This document shows positions 1 to 8,567 of a stretch of 64,000 nucleotides of DNA, one piece after another. The stretch lies in NCBI GenBank assembly GCA_965237955.1, contig OZ250169.1:6334766-6398765 (forward strand), written 5' to 3'. Every line of letters starts with the position of its first letter. The stretch's first letter is position 1. Source of the DNA: Candidatus Marinacidobacterales bacterium. GTDB taxonomy: Bacteria > Acidobacteriota > Vicinamibacteria > Marinacidobacterales > SMYC01. The notes beneath the pieces were generated by a model. That model was not told the DNA's origin. It did not search any database and saw only the letters and a list, made by a program, of their open reading frames with translations. A program made the position numbers and the translations under genes.

Positions 1-1
1 A

Positions 2-367
2 CAATGTGTTAAGCACTATCAACCTCTCCTCGACGATCTCACCTTCGATGAGATGTTTTTGAAGAATCTCTTCGAGCACGTCGGGCGTGCACCCGCCGTA
101 CCATGCCCCTTCGGGGTACACGACCGCGATCGGGCCGCCTTCGCAAATGCGCAGGCAGTTCGCTTTCGTGCGCGCTACGCCACCCGATTCGGATAGCTCG
201 AGCTCCTTGAGCCGTTTCTTGAGATAGGCCCACGACTCGAGCGACAGTTCTTTGTCGCAACACTTCGGCTCTGTTTGATCGCAGCAAAGAAAGATGTGTC
301 GGCGCGTCGAGGGAATGCCCACGGCACTCGCTGCAAGCTGTAGTCTCAGCTGGAGATCGTCGTTCAT
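2..367 (-). CDS. Thioredoxin-like [2Fe-2S] ferredoxin-domain protein (C-terminus beyond window edge)
   Basis: Own minus-strand translation from ATG at 367: [46 protein letters not shown]...[27 protein letters not shown]. Cys spacing and the GGP..VYP motif fit TRX-like ferredoxins. Not in the ORF track because there is no stop inside the window. 4-nt overlap with the upstream permease gene. Confidence 0.6.
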   Translation of the reverse strand, partial: MNDDLQLRLQLAASAVGIPSTRRHIFLCCDQTEPKCCDKELSLESWAYLKKRLKELELSESGGVARTKANCLRICEGGPIAVVYPEGAWYGGCTPDVLEEILQKHLIEGEIVEERLIVLNTL

Positions 368-1077
368 CGCGCGAGCTCGAAGATAAATGACAAGCCAATG
401 AGAACGGCGGCAACGCCGATGATGCCTTGAAGGCCGTTGTGAAACGACTTCGACGTAATCAGTCGCGCTGAATAACGGAGCGGCATCGAAATCGCGACCG
501 ATAGGAGCGCCATGCCGAGTATCGATCCGGCACCGAACACGCCGATGTAGAGAATGCCCATCGCGACGGATGGCGCCTTCGCGATTGCCAAGAGAACGAG
601 CGCCGCCGATCCCGCTATGCCGTGCATCAGGCCGACGACCAGGGCGCGTCCTGGAAACCCATGGCCATGCTCATGACAGTGTCCGTTTTCCTCGGCATGA
701 GAGTGTGCATGAAAATGCGTCGTCCCGTCGTCGTGCGCGTGCACGTGGAAATGCACTCGGTCGCGTAGAAGTCGCCGCAGGACATCGGCGCCAAGTCCGA
801 CCAGCATGACGCCAACGGCGAGCTCGAGCCCCCATGCGATGCGCTCGGGTACGACCGTATCCGCCAGGAGAACGATCGTGCCAACGATGAAGAGCGTAAG
901 TGTGTGGCCCAAGCCCCAGACGGCACCTATTCGAAGAGCTTGGACCCAGGACGTCGGGCGCGTCGACAGGCTGGTGAGTGCCGCGACGTGATCCGCCTCC
1001 AGGGCGTGACGCATGCCGAGTAGAAAGCCGATCGTGGCGAGGCCGACCCAGCTCATGAAGACCAGAGCATACTGCAA
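364..1077 (-). CDS. NiCoT/HoxN-UreH-type nickel/cobalt permease
   Basis: 237-aa polytopic [11 protein letters not shown] (HX4DH NiCoT signature) near the N-terminus. His-rich loop [31 protein letters not shown]. Confidence 0.8.
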   Translation of the reverse strand: MQYALVFMSWVGLATIGFLLGMRHALEADHVAALTSLSTRPTSWVQALRIGAVWGLGHTLTLFIVGTIVLLADTVVPERIAWGLELAVGVMLVGLGADVLRRLLRDRVHFHVHAHDDGTTHFHAHSHAEENGHCHEHGHGFPGRALVVGLMHGIAGSAALVLLAIAKAPSVAMGILYIGVFGAGSILGMALLSVAISMPLRYSARLITSKSFHNGLQGIIGVAAVLIGLSFIFELAR

Positions 1078-1259
1078 TCAACCGACGCGCGCTTTTGCCG
1101 GTGCCGCAGCGCTTTTTCGGATGCGATGCGCGAGCTTCGACATCGTCACCGCGTTTCCGAGGGCATGTGGTAGCCGTAGCCACTCGTTCCCACGTGAATC
1201 ATCGTTCAGGCACACGCATCCTGTTCAAACTGACAGTTTCGACGAGCTCGGTCGCAATC

Positions 1260-1526
1260 TCAGCGAGCCCGGCCTGTTAAAATCGCCCGGCTGTCTTCGG
1301 CTATCTGGTCCTGGAGCGCTTCGGCGTCGCCGAGATCCGATTCGAGTCGCGCGAGGCGGTCGACGAGGCGATGGCGAGCCGAGACGGCCGCATCGCTGTA
1401 GTGGATCTCCACCGCGTGGCGAATGAGATCGCTCACCGATCGTTCGTGCAACAAAGAGAGTCGCTCGAACTCACGATAGAGCTCGAGCGGTATCGGTATA
1501 CTTTTGAGGGCGCCTCGACGTTCCAT
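1260..1526 (-). CDS. Ribbon-helix-helix (CopG/Arc-like) DNA-binding protein
   Basis: Internal Met of the 176-aa ORF: MERRGALKSIPIPLELYREFERLSLLHERSVSDLIRHAVEIHY, a beta-strand plus two helices pattern. Lies just downstream of lexA. No clear SD and no partner toxin. Confidence 0.5.
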   Translation of the reverse strand: MERRGALKSIPIPLELYREFERLSLLHERSVSDLIRHAVEIHYSDAAVSARHRLVDRLARLESDLGDAEALQDQIAEDSRAILTGRAR

Positions 1527-1557
1527 AGAACACTTACCCAACTTACTTACGTCAGGC

Positions 1558-2163
1558 TTATGCCAAGGAGCGAACCAGGCCCACAACGACGCCTCGCACT
1601 TGCACCGACGCGGCGTCGGCCAGGATCGGGGAGTAGCGATCGTTCGCCGGGCGAAGCTCGATTTGATCTCCCTGCCGATAGAATCGCTTGACCGTGGCTT
1701 CACCTTCCACGAGCGCCACGACCATCTGCCCCGCTTCCGCGGTCTCACGCTGCTGCACGACCAGCAGGTCGCCTTCGCGAATGCCGTCATCCACCATGCT
1801 GTCGCCGGTCACGCGCAACGCAAAATGCTCTCCTCGCCGCAACAACGACTCGGGTACATCCACCGTCTCCGGAATCTCCTCGGAGTCGAGGGGAACACCC
1901 GCGACAACGGAGCCCAACAACGGGAGCTTCGCCGCCTTGGGCGCCTCCTCGCGTTCGACGATCTCGAGTGCTCGCTTCTGATTCTTCCACGGCGAGCGGA
2001 TGAATCCTTTTCGGTGTAGCTGCAGGAGGTGCTTCCGGGCCGAGTTCAACGACGCAAAGCCGAACTCTTGCCGGATCTCCTCGTACGAAGGCGGCATCCC
2101 GTGCTCGCGTCGATAGTCTTTCAAGAACTGTAAAACTGCACGTTGTTTTGGTGTCAAGTCCAT
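1558..2163 (-). CDS. lexA: LexA repressor (S24 autopeptidase)
   Basis: MDLTPKQRAVLQFLKDYRREHGMPPSYEEI winged-helix N-terminus, VAG cleavage site, GDSM Ser nucleophile and VKRF Lys. Start moved to Met27 of the 227-aa ORF. Confidence 0.93.
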   Translation of the reverse strand: MDLTPKQRAVLQFLKDYRREHGMPPSYEEIRQEFGFASLNSARKHLLQLHRKGFIRSPWKNQKRALEIVEREEAPKAAKLPLLGSVVAGVPLDSEEIPETVDVPESLLRRGEHFALRVTGDSMVDDGIREGDLLVVQQRETAEAGQMVVALVEGEATVKRFYRQGDQIELRPANDRYSPILADAASVQVRGVVVGLVRSLA

Positions 2164-2201
2164 GGTGGCGCTAGCATAGGTGAAAGTAGGGTATATCTGC
2201 A

Positions 2202-2251
2202 ACCGCAAAATATAGTAGTTCCTGCTGACATACACCCCCATATATTGCGGT
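2202..2251. promoter_or_regulatory. Inverted repeat ACCGCAAAATATA / TATATTGCGGT in the lexA divergent intergenic region
   Basis: Arms at 2202-2214 and 2241-2251, reverse complementary apart from one extra A, 26-nt spacer. Only 131 bp separate lexA from the rnfD-like gene. Confidence 0.3.
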
Positions 2252-2294
2252 CCAGACGGTTGGAATCTTTTTCTACACCGCTGGTATACCCCGC

Positions 2295-3125
2295 ATGAGC
2301 CAAAGCCGAGATCCCCGGAGCTACCAAATCGCGACCCTCGTCGCCCTGGTCGTGTACGGCCTCATCGGATTGGATCTCGAGATCCAACCGGGGATGGCGT
2401 TCACCATTCTGATCGTCGCCCTGGCGGCGCAGCTCGCAGGCACCCGTCTCGCCGGACTCCCCCGCTTCGACCCCAAGAGCGCGCTCATCTCGTCGCTGTC
2501 TTTGTGTCTTCTGCTGCGAACCGATTCGCTCGTGCTCGCGGCCATCACGGCGGTGGTCACGATCGCGAGCAAGTTCCTTTTGCGTATCGACGACCGACAC
2601 ATGTTCAACCCAACCAACTTCGGACTGGCCGTGATGATGGCTCTGGGCACGAGTGTCTGGGTGTCTCCGGGCCAATGGGGCGCCGGAGCCTTCTTCGCGT
2701 TTCTTCTCGCCGGTTGCGGTGGCCTCGTGATCCGCCGCGCGGCGCGAAGCGACGTCACCTACGCCTTCATCGGTTTCTATAGCGCGATCGTCTTCGCCCG
2801 TGCAGCGTTTCTCGGCGACCCCCTCGCGATTCCCCTTCACCATCTTCAAAACGGCGCGTTCCTCTTGTTCGCGTTCTTCATGATCTCGGATCCCAAGACG
2901 ACGCCCGATTCCCGAGCCGGCCGTATCGTGTTTGCTCTCATGGTCGCCCTCGGAGCCGGCTTGGTTCATTTCGTCTTGTTCCAACCGAACGGATTGCTTT
3001 GGTCTCTCGTCCTCTCGGCCCCTATCACCCCTTTGTTGAACCGGCTGCTTCCCGGCCCGCTTTACCAGTGGCACGCGCCTTCGGCGACACCAGCCGAAAC
3101 ATTTTCCGGAAGGAGCTTCGCATGA
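2295..3125 (+). CDS. NQR2/RnfD/RnfE-superfamily-like polytopic membrane protein
   Basis: 276 aa and very hydrophobic. FFMISDPKTTP resembles the FFMxTDP motif of RnfD/NqrB. No other Rnf/Nqr subunits nearby. ATGA overlap with the next gene. Confidence 0.55.
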   Translation: MSQSRDPRSYQIATLVALVVYGLIGLDLEIQPGMAFTILIVALAAQLAGTRLAGLPRFDPKSALISSLSLCLLLRTDSLVLAAITAVVTIASKFLLRIDDRHMFNPTNFGLAVMMALGTSVWVSPGQWGAGAFFAFLLAGCGGLVIRRAARSDVTYAFIGFYSAIVFARAAFLGDPLAIPLHHLQNGAFLLFAFFMISDPKTTPDSRAGRIVFALMVALGAGLVHFVLFQPNGLLWSLVLSAPITPLLNRLLPGPLYQWHAPSATPAETFSGRSFA

Positions 3126-4465
3126 AACGTTCCATGACACTGCTCGGGGCATCGCTCGTCTGCGCTCTCATGTGGTCGAGTCCAACCGTCCGAGCCTTTT
3201 GCGGCTTCTACGTCGCGAAAGCAGATGTCGAGCTCTTCAACCAGGCGTCGCAAGTCGTTCTCGTCCGGCACCGCGACAAGACCGTCATCACCATGGTCAA
3301 CGACTTTCGAGGCGAGCCGAAAGAGTTCGCGATGGTGGTTCCCGTACCGACGTTCATCGAGCGGGAGCAGATCCATGTGACCAACAATGCGCTCATCGAT
3401 CATCTCGATGCGTTCACGTCGCCGCGTCTCGTCGAGTACTTCGATGGCGACCCGTGCATGCGCGTCGAGGAATACGACTTCGCGACGACTAACGGGGTAC
3501 GACGATCGCGCGGCGCGGCCGGGAAACGAGCGCGCGCCAATGCCCTCGGCGTTAACATCGAAGCGCAGTACATCGTGGGCGAGTACGACATCATCATCCT
3601 CTCCGCGGAACAGTCCGATGGACTGCAGACGTGGCTCGAAGAGAACGGCTACCGCACACCGCCAGGTGCATCGCGTGTGCTCGCGAGCTACATCCGCCAA
3701 AACGTTCGCTTCTTCGTCGCCAAGGTCAACTTGAAAGAGCAGTCGAGGCTCGGGTTCAACTCCTTGAGGCCACTTCAGGTCGCGTTCGAATCGCCCAAGT
3801 TCATGCTCCCCATCCGGCTCGGCACCATCAACGCCAACGGACCTCAAGATCTCGTTCTCTACACGCTCACGCGCAACGGGCGGGTCGAGACCACGAACTA
3901 CCGAACGGTCAAGCTCCCGACCGGCATGAACGTTCCCGTGTTCACGAAAAACGAGTTCGGCGACTTCTACAAGGCGATGTTTGCCGAGCAAGTCCGCAAA
4001 GAGAACATGCGCAGCGTCTTCCTCGAATACGCCTGGGACATGTCGTGGTGCGACCCGTGTGCCGCCGACCCGCTGTCCTCGAGCCAACTCCGCGAGCTCG
4101 GCGTGTTCTGGATCGGCGATAACGTCGCAACCCGCCGCGGCAAAGCGGGTGCTCAGAACGCGTTCGTCACTCGGCTTCACGTCCGCTACGACGGCGAGCA
4201 CTTCCCGGAAGACCTCGTTTTCCAGGAAACCTCGGACCGAAGCAACTTCCAAGGCCGCTACGTATTGCAGCACCCGTACCAGGGTGCGATCACGTGCGGC
4301 GCCGACGGCTGCCTCCAGCAAGTCCGCGAGCGCGAAGAGCGCGAGGCACAGACGCTGGCGTCTCTCACCGGGTGGGACATCCGGGACATTCGCACGAAGA
4401 TGAACCTCGATAGCAAGCCTCAACGTCAAGGCAGCTGGTGGCAGCGCCTGTGGAAACAGAACTAA
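3122..4465 (+). CDS. Secreted DUF2330-family protein, paralog 1
   Basis: GGAAGGAG SD before ATG 3122. Signal peptide, then FCGFYVAKAD...VVPVPTFIEREQIHV...WCDPCAADPL, recalled as DUF2330. About 90% identical to the next gene over the C-terminal 300 aa. Confidence 0.75.
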   Translation: MKRSMTLLGASLVCALMWSSPTVRAFCGFYVAKADVELFNQASQVVLVRHRDKTVITMVNDFRGEPKEFAMVVPVPTFIEREQIHVTNNALIDHLDAFTSPRLVEYFDGDPCMRVEEYDFATTNGVRRSRGAAGKRARANALGVNIEAQYIVGEYDIIILSAEQSDGLQTWLEENGYRTPPGASRVLASYIRQNVRFFVAKVNLKEQSRLGFNSLRPLQVAFESPKFMLPIRLGTINANGPQDLVLYTLTRNGRVETTNYRTVKLPTGMNVPVFTKNEFGDFYKAMFAEQVRKENMRSVFLEYAWDMSWCDPCAADPLSSSQLRELGVFWIGDNVATRRGKAGAQNAFVTRLHVRYDGEHFPEDLVFQETSDRSNFQGRYVLQHPYQGAITCGADGCLQQVREREEREAQTLASLTGWDIRDIRTKMNLDSKPQRQGSWWQRLWKQN

Positions 4466-4477
4466 AGGAGCACCAAA

Positions 4478-5815
4478 ATGAAACGTCTACTCACCATCAC
4501 CGCGCTCGTGAGCGCATTGGTGGCTGCAGCTATGACGCCCGGCGTGCGCGCCTTCTGCGGCTTCTACGTCGCCAAAGCAGACGCCGAGCTCTTCAACAAT
4601 TCCTCACAAGTCGTCCTCGTGCGCCACGATGACAAGACGGTCATCACCATGGTTAACGATTTTCAAGGCGACCCGAAAGAGTTCGCGCTCGTGGTCCCGG
4701 TGCCGACCTTCATCGAGCGCGAACAGATCCACGTCGCCAACAAGGCGCTCGTCGACCACCTCGACGCGTTCACGTCGCCTCGGCTCGTCGAGTACTTCGA
4801 CCAGGATCCCTGTAGCGTATACCCGATGTCACGACGGATGAGCCGCGCGCCAGCGTGGCTGGCCTTGGAATCCGGCCGCGACGTGAAAGCGAACGCACTC
4901 GGCGTGAAGATCGAAGCGGAATATACCGTCGGCGAGTACGACATCATCATCCTATCCGCCGAGCAGTCCGATGGCCTGCAGAGGTGGCTCGACGAGAACG
5001 GCTATCGCACACCGCCGGGCGCCTCCCGCGTGCTCGCGAGCTACATCCGCCAAAACGTTCGTTTCTTCGTGGCCAAGGTCAACCTGAAAGAGCAATCGAA
5101 GCTCGGGTTCAGCTACTTGAGACCGCTCCAAGTCGCGTTCGAGTCGCCGAAGTTCATGCTTCCCATCCGGCTCGGAACCATCAACGCCAACGGTCCACAA
5201 GATCTCGTCCTCTACACGCTCACGCGCAACGGGCGCGTCGAGACCACGAACTACCGCACGGTGAAGCTTCCGACCGGCATGGACCTTCCTGTATTCGTCA
5301 AAAACGAGTTTGGCGATTTCTACAAAGCGATGTTCAACCAGCAAGTCCGCAAAGAGAACATGCGAAGCGTTTTCCTCGAGTACGCCTGGGACATGTCGTG
5401 GTGCGACCCCTGTGCCGCCGACCCGCTGTCCTCGAGCCAACTCCGCGAGCTCGGCGTGTTCTGGATCGGCGATAACGTCGCCCCACGCCGCGGCAAAGCG
5501 GGTGCTCAGAACGCGTTCGTCACTCGGCTTCACGTCCGCTACGACGGCGAGCACTTCCCGGAAGACCTCGTTTTCCAGGAAACCTCGGACCGAAGCAACT
5601 TCCAGGGCCGCTACGTCCTCCGCCACCCGTTCACGGGAGAGATGACGTGTGGCGCCGACGGCTACCGCCAGCAAGTGAGCCAACGACAGGAGCGAGAAGC
5701 GCAGACGCTCGCGTCGCTCACCGGCTGGGACGTCGCGGACATCCGCAACCAGATGAACCTTAGTGGCGCAAGCCCCGCCGAAGGCAGCTGGTGGGAGCGC
5801 CTGTGGAAGAACTGA
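4478..5815 (+). CDS. Secreted DUF2330-family protein, paralog 2
   Basis: 445 aa with a signal peptide (MKRLLTITALVSALVAAAMTPGVRA) and the same conserved blocks as paralog 1. It differs in an internal loop (residues about 110-135). Confidence 0.78.
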   Translation: MKRLLTITALVSALVAAAMTPGVRAFCGFYVAKADAELFNNSSQVVLVRHDDKTVITMVNDFQGDPKEFALVVPVPTFIEREQIHVANKALVDHLDAFTSPRLVEYFDQDPCSVYPMSRRMSRAPAWLALESGRDVKANALGVKIEAEYTVGEYDIIILSAEQSDGLQRWLDENGYRTPPGASRVLASYIRQNVRFFVAKVNLKEQSKLGFSYLRPLQVAFESPKFMLPIRLGTINANGPQDLVLYTLTRNGRVETTNYRTVKLPTGMDLPVFVKNEFGDFYKAMFNQQVRKENMRSVFLEYAWDMSWCDPCAADPLSSSQLRELGVFWIGDNVAPRRGKAGAQNAFVTRLHVRYDGEHFPEDLVFQETSDRSNFQGRYVLRHPFTGEMTCGADGYRQQVSQRQEREAQTLASLTGWDVADIRNQMNLSGASPAEGSWWERLWKN

Positions 5816-5858
5816 CATGCTGTGAGACATTCCCGCCGCCAGCGCCCGGTGAGCTAAC

Positions 5859-6392
5859 GTGGGGGGTATGAACTTCGACCTCGAACGAACTTTCGAAATC
5901 TTGGAACGAACCCCGGAAGCCCTGTCCGCTCTCCTGACAGGGCTTTCGGACGAGTGGCTACTCAGAAACGAAGGAGCCGACACCTTCAGCCCGAAAGACG
6001 TCGTCGGCCACCTCATTGCCGGTGAAGAGACCGACTGGGTAGAAAGGACCGAGATCATCCTCGAGCACGGCGTCGATCGCCCGTTCACGCCGTTCGACCG
6101 TTTCAGCTTCCGCAAGGACTACAAGGACGACTCGCTCGCCGAGTTGCTCGAGAAGTTTCGTGAGCTCCGCTCGAGAAACCTCGACCGCATTCGTGGTCTC
6201 GAGCTCGACGAGACCAAGCTCGAGCTCGAGGGGACGCACCCCGAGCTCGGCAAGGTCCGGCTTCGCCAGCTACTCGCCACGTGGGCGTTCACGATCTCGG
6301 CCACATCCGCCAAATCACGCGGGTGATGGCGAAGCTAGTACCGCGACGCCGTCGGCCCGTGGAGGCAGTACTTGCGGGTATTGGAAGAGTAG
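5859..6392 (+). pseudogene. DinB-family (DinB_2-like) protein with two compensating frameshifts
   Basis: Frame 0 gives ...RLRQLLATWAFTISATSAKSRG*. The conserved VHDLGHIRQITRVMAK is in frame 2 (6287-6334). Frame 0 then resumes with YRDAVGPWRQYLRVLEE* ending at 6392. Confidence 0.7.
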
Positions 6393-6536
6393 CGGCTACG
6401 CAACTCGAAGGGCTGTATCGGCCCATCATGAAACGACTACTCGCGGTCTGCCTAGCGTACTGCATACCGCTCGGAGCCCACTTTGAACTCCTGCACGTCG
6501 CGCCAGCGCCGCCCTTATATAATGTGGGGCGACACC

Positions 6537-8567
6537 ATGCATCGCATCCAACCAGCAAAGGTGAATCCTGGCGCCTCGACCGAAACCGCGAGAACGGAAA
6601 ACACCGCGACCGCGGCACGAGCGTCGAATCGCCTCGAGGGCAGAGCCCTCATCTTCTGGGACCCAAAGCGTCCGGACGCAAAGCTCGACGCCATCGATAC
6701 CGACCAAATCACGCCGGCGAAAGACTGCGTCTCCGAGAGCCTCGACTCCTTGGACGAGAAATGGAAAGAGGGCGCGTTTCGCTACCTCATGCCGGATTTC
6801 CGGAAGCGGGTGCACGCGGGCGAAACGTTCGTCATCGCCGGCGACCGCTTCGCCATCGGCTCGTCCCGTGAGATGAGCCCGGCGGGACTCAAAGCCGTCG
6901 CCGAGGAGGTCGGACTCGAACTGGTCATCGTCTGTGGCGACAACATGGGCGACATCTTCCGCCGGAACGCGTTCAACCTCGGCCTCGAGGTCGTCCAAGC
7001 GCCCGACGCCGTTCGAGACGCAAAAGACGGCGACACGTTCGCTTACCATCCGGATTCGCGCAAGCTCGACAACATCACCCAATCCAAGAGCTACGAGCCG
7101 CTACCTCTCACCGCAAAAGAAGACGAGATCCGCCGCTCCGGTGGGATCTTCGCGGTGGGTCGACGGGAGTTTCCCGCTTCGGTTGCCACCGAGCCTTCGA
7201 TCGAGTGGCCCGACGACGAAACCGCTCGTCGACTCACGACGACCGAGCAAATCATCTGGGCGCATCGGGTCGACAAAGACGCCGAGGTCAAGCCTGGACA
7301 GACGCTGCGAGTCTACGCGGACCTTCTCCCCGCGTCCGATGGGACCGCACCCTTCGCGATCCACACGTTCAACCAGATCACCGGGGGCGGCACGATCTAT
7401 CCGCGCCAGGCCGCCGTCGCCAACGACCATTTCGTGTTCACCGGGCTCGACGCGGACGACAAACAAACCGCGATCGGACGCGAGTTCGCGGCCCAGCAAG
7501 GAATGGTCAAGCCTTATTACTCGACGCCCGGGGACGGCATCTTTCACTTTTACTTTCCCGAGCAGGGACTCATCCTGCCCGGACAGTTCGTTCCCGGCGC
7601 CGACTCCCATAGCCGCGCATATGGCGCGTACGGCGCGATCGGCATCGGTGTGGGCTCGACCACGCTCGGCTTCGGCTGGTCCACCGGCTACATTTACGCA
7701 ACACTCGCGAAAGCGCGCCGCGTTGTGTTCCAACGCGAGCTGCAACCGTGGGTCAGCGGAAAGGATATCGTCCTCGCGCTTCTCGAACGCTGGGGCGCGG
7801 CGCAATCGCAGGGCATGTCGGTGGAGTTCGTCGACGCCAACCAGGAGCTCCCGATCGCCTATCGCAACACCATCTGCAACATGATGGCGGAAGGAGAAGC
7901 GCAAAACGGTATTTTCGCGCAGGACGACGTGACCTACGAGTGGTATCGAGACAACGGTATCACCGAGCTTCCGTACCCCCGCATCCAACCGGGCGCGTAC
8001 GCTCGTTACGAGATCGATGAAAGCCTCGACCTCTCGGAGGTCGTGCCGATGATTGCGAAACCGTTCTCCCCCGGCAACGCTTTTCGGGCCGACGACGTCG
8101 CCAAAGAACACCTCGAGTTCGACAAGGCGTACATCGGCTCGTGCACCAACGGGAGCTACCAGGATCTTCTCCAAGCCGCTCTCGTCCTCTTCGCCGCGGC
8201 CAAGAACGGCCACGCCAAAGTCGCGTGTGATTTCGTGATTTTCCCGGGCTCCGGTGGCGTCAAAAAACAGATCGAACGGCCGGAGCCACGCCTCGACGGC
8301 GAGTCGATTGCGAACGTGCTTCGCGCCGCGGGCGGGCAGATCCGCGATTCGTGGTGCGGACCGTGTTTCGGCCAGGGCGCCGACGCTCTCGAGGAAGGGG
8401 AAAAAGCGATCACGACGTTCAACCGCAACTGGCAAAACCGCATGGGCGTTGGCGGGCTCGGTTTCCTCGCAAGCCCCGCCGTCGTCGCGGCATCGGCGCT
8501 CCTCGGCTACATGGCCCCACCGAGCGAGCTAGGCCTCGCGTGGAGCGCAGAGGAGTTCGGTGTTTAA
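6537..8567 (+). CDS. Aconitase/isopropylmalate-isomerase superfamily protein, swivel (LeuD-like) domain N-terminal to catalytic domains
   Basis: N-terminus GDRFAIGSSREMSP...VIVCGDNMGDIFRRNAFNLGL is LeuD-like. Then GADSHS, YIGSCTNGS and WCGPCFGQG, which are Fe-S ligand motifs. The start could also be 6483 or 6522. Confidence 0.8.
   Translation: MHRIQPAKVNPGASTETARTENTATAARASNRLEGRALIFWDPKRPDAKLDAIDTDQITPAKDCVSESLDSLDEKWKEGAFRYLMPDFRKRVHAGETFVIAGDRFAIGSSREMSPAGLKAVAEEVGLELVIVCGDNMGDIFRRNAFNLGLEVVQAPDAVRDAKDGDTFAYHPDSRKLDNITQSKSYEPLPLTAKEDEIRRSGGIFAVGRREFPASVATEPSIEWPDDETARRLTTTEQIIWAHRVDKDAEVKPGQTLRVYADLLPASDGTAPFAIHTFNQITGGGTIYPRQAAVANDHFVFTGLDADDKQTAIGREFAAQQGMVKPYYSTPGDGIFHFYFPEQGLILPGQFVPGADSHSRAYGAYGAIGIGVGSTTLGFGWSTGYIYATLAKARRVVFQRELQPWVSGKDIVLALLERWGAAQSQGMSVEFVDANQELPIAYRNTICNMMAEGEAQNGIFAQDDVTYEWYRDNGITELPYPRIQPGAYARYEIDESLDLSEVVPMIAKPFSPGNAFRADDVAKEHLEFDKAYIGSCTNGSYQDLLQAALVLFAAAKNGHAKVACDFVIFPGSGGVKKQIERPEPRLDGESIANVLRAAGGQIRDSWCGPCFGQGADALEEGEKAITTFNRNWQNRMGVGGLGFLASPAVVAASALLGYMAPPSELGLAWSAEEFGV

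Noticed and set aside
3062-4429. Very long antisense ORFs. These are 455 aa here, and also 4952-6115 (387 aa), 7101-8435 (444 aa), 17762-19267 (501 aa) and 55420-57255 (611 aa).
   Set aside because: Each lies opposite a gene with clear family motifs and is rich in Arg/Ala/Gly/Pro/Asp/Glu. That is typical of stop-poor shadow frames in GC-rich DNA. None has a recognisable domain.
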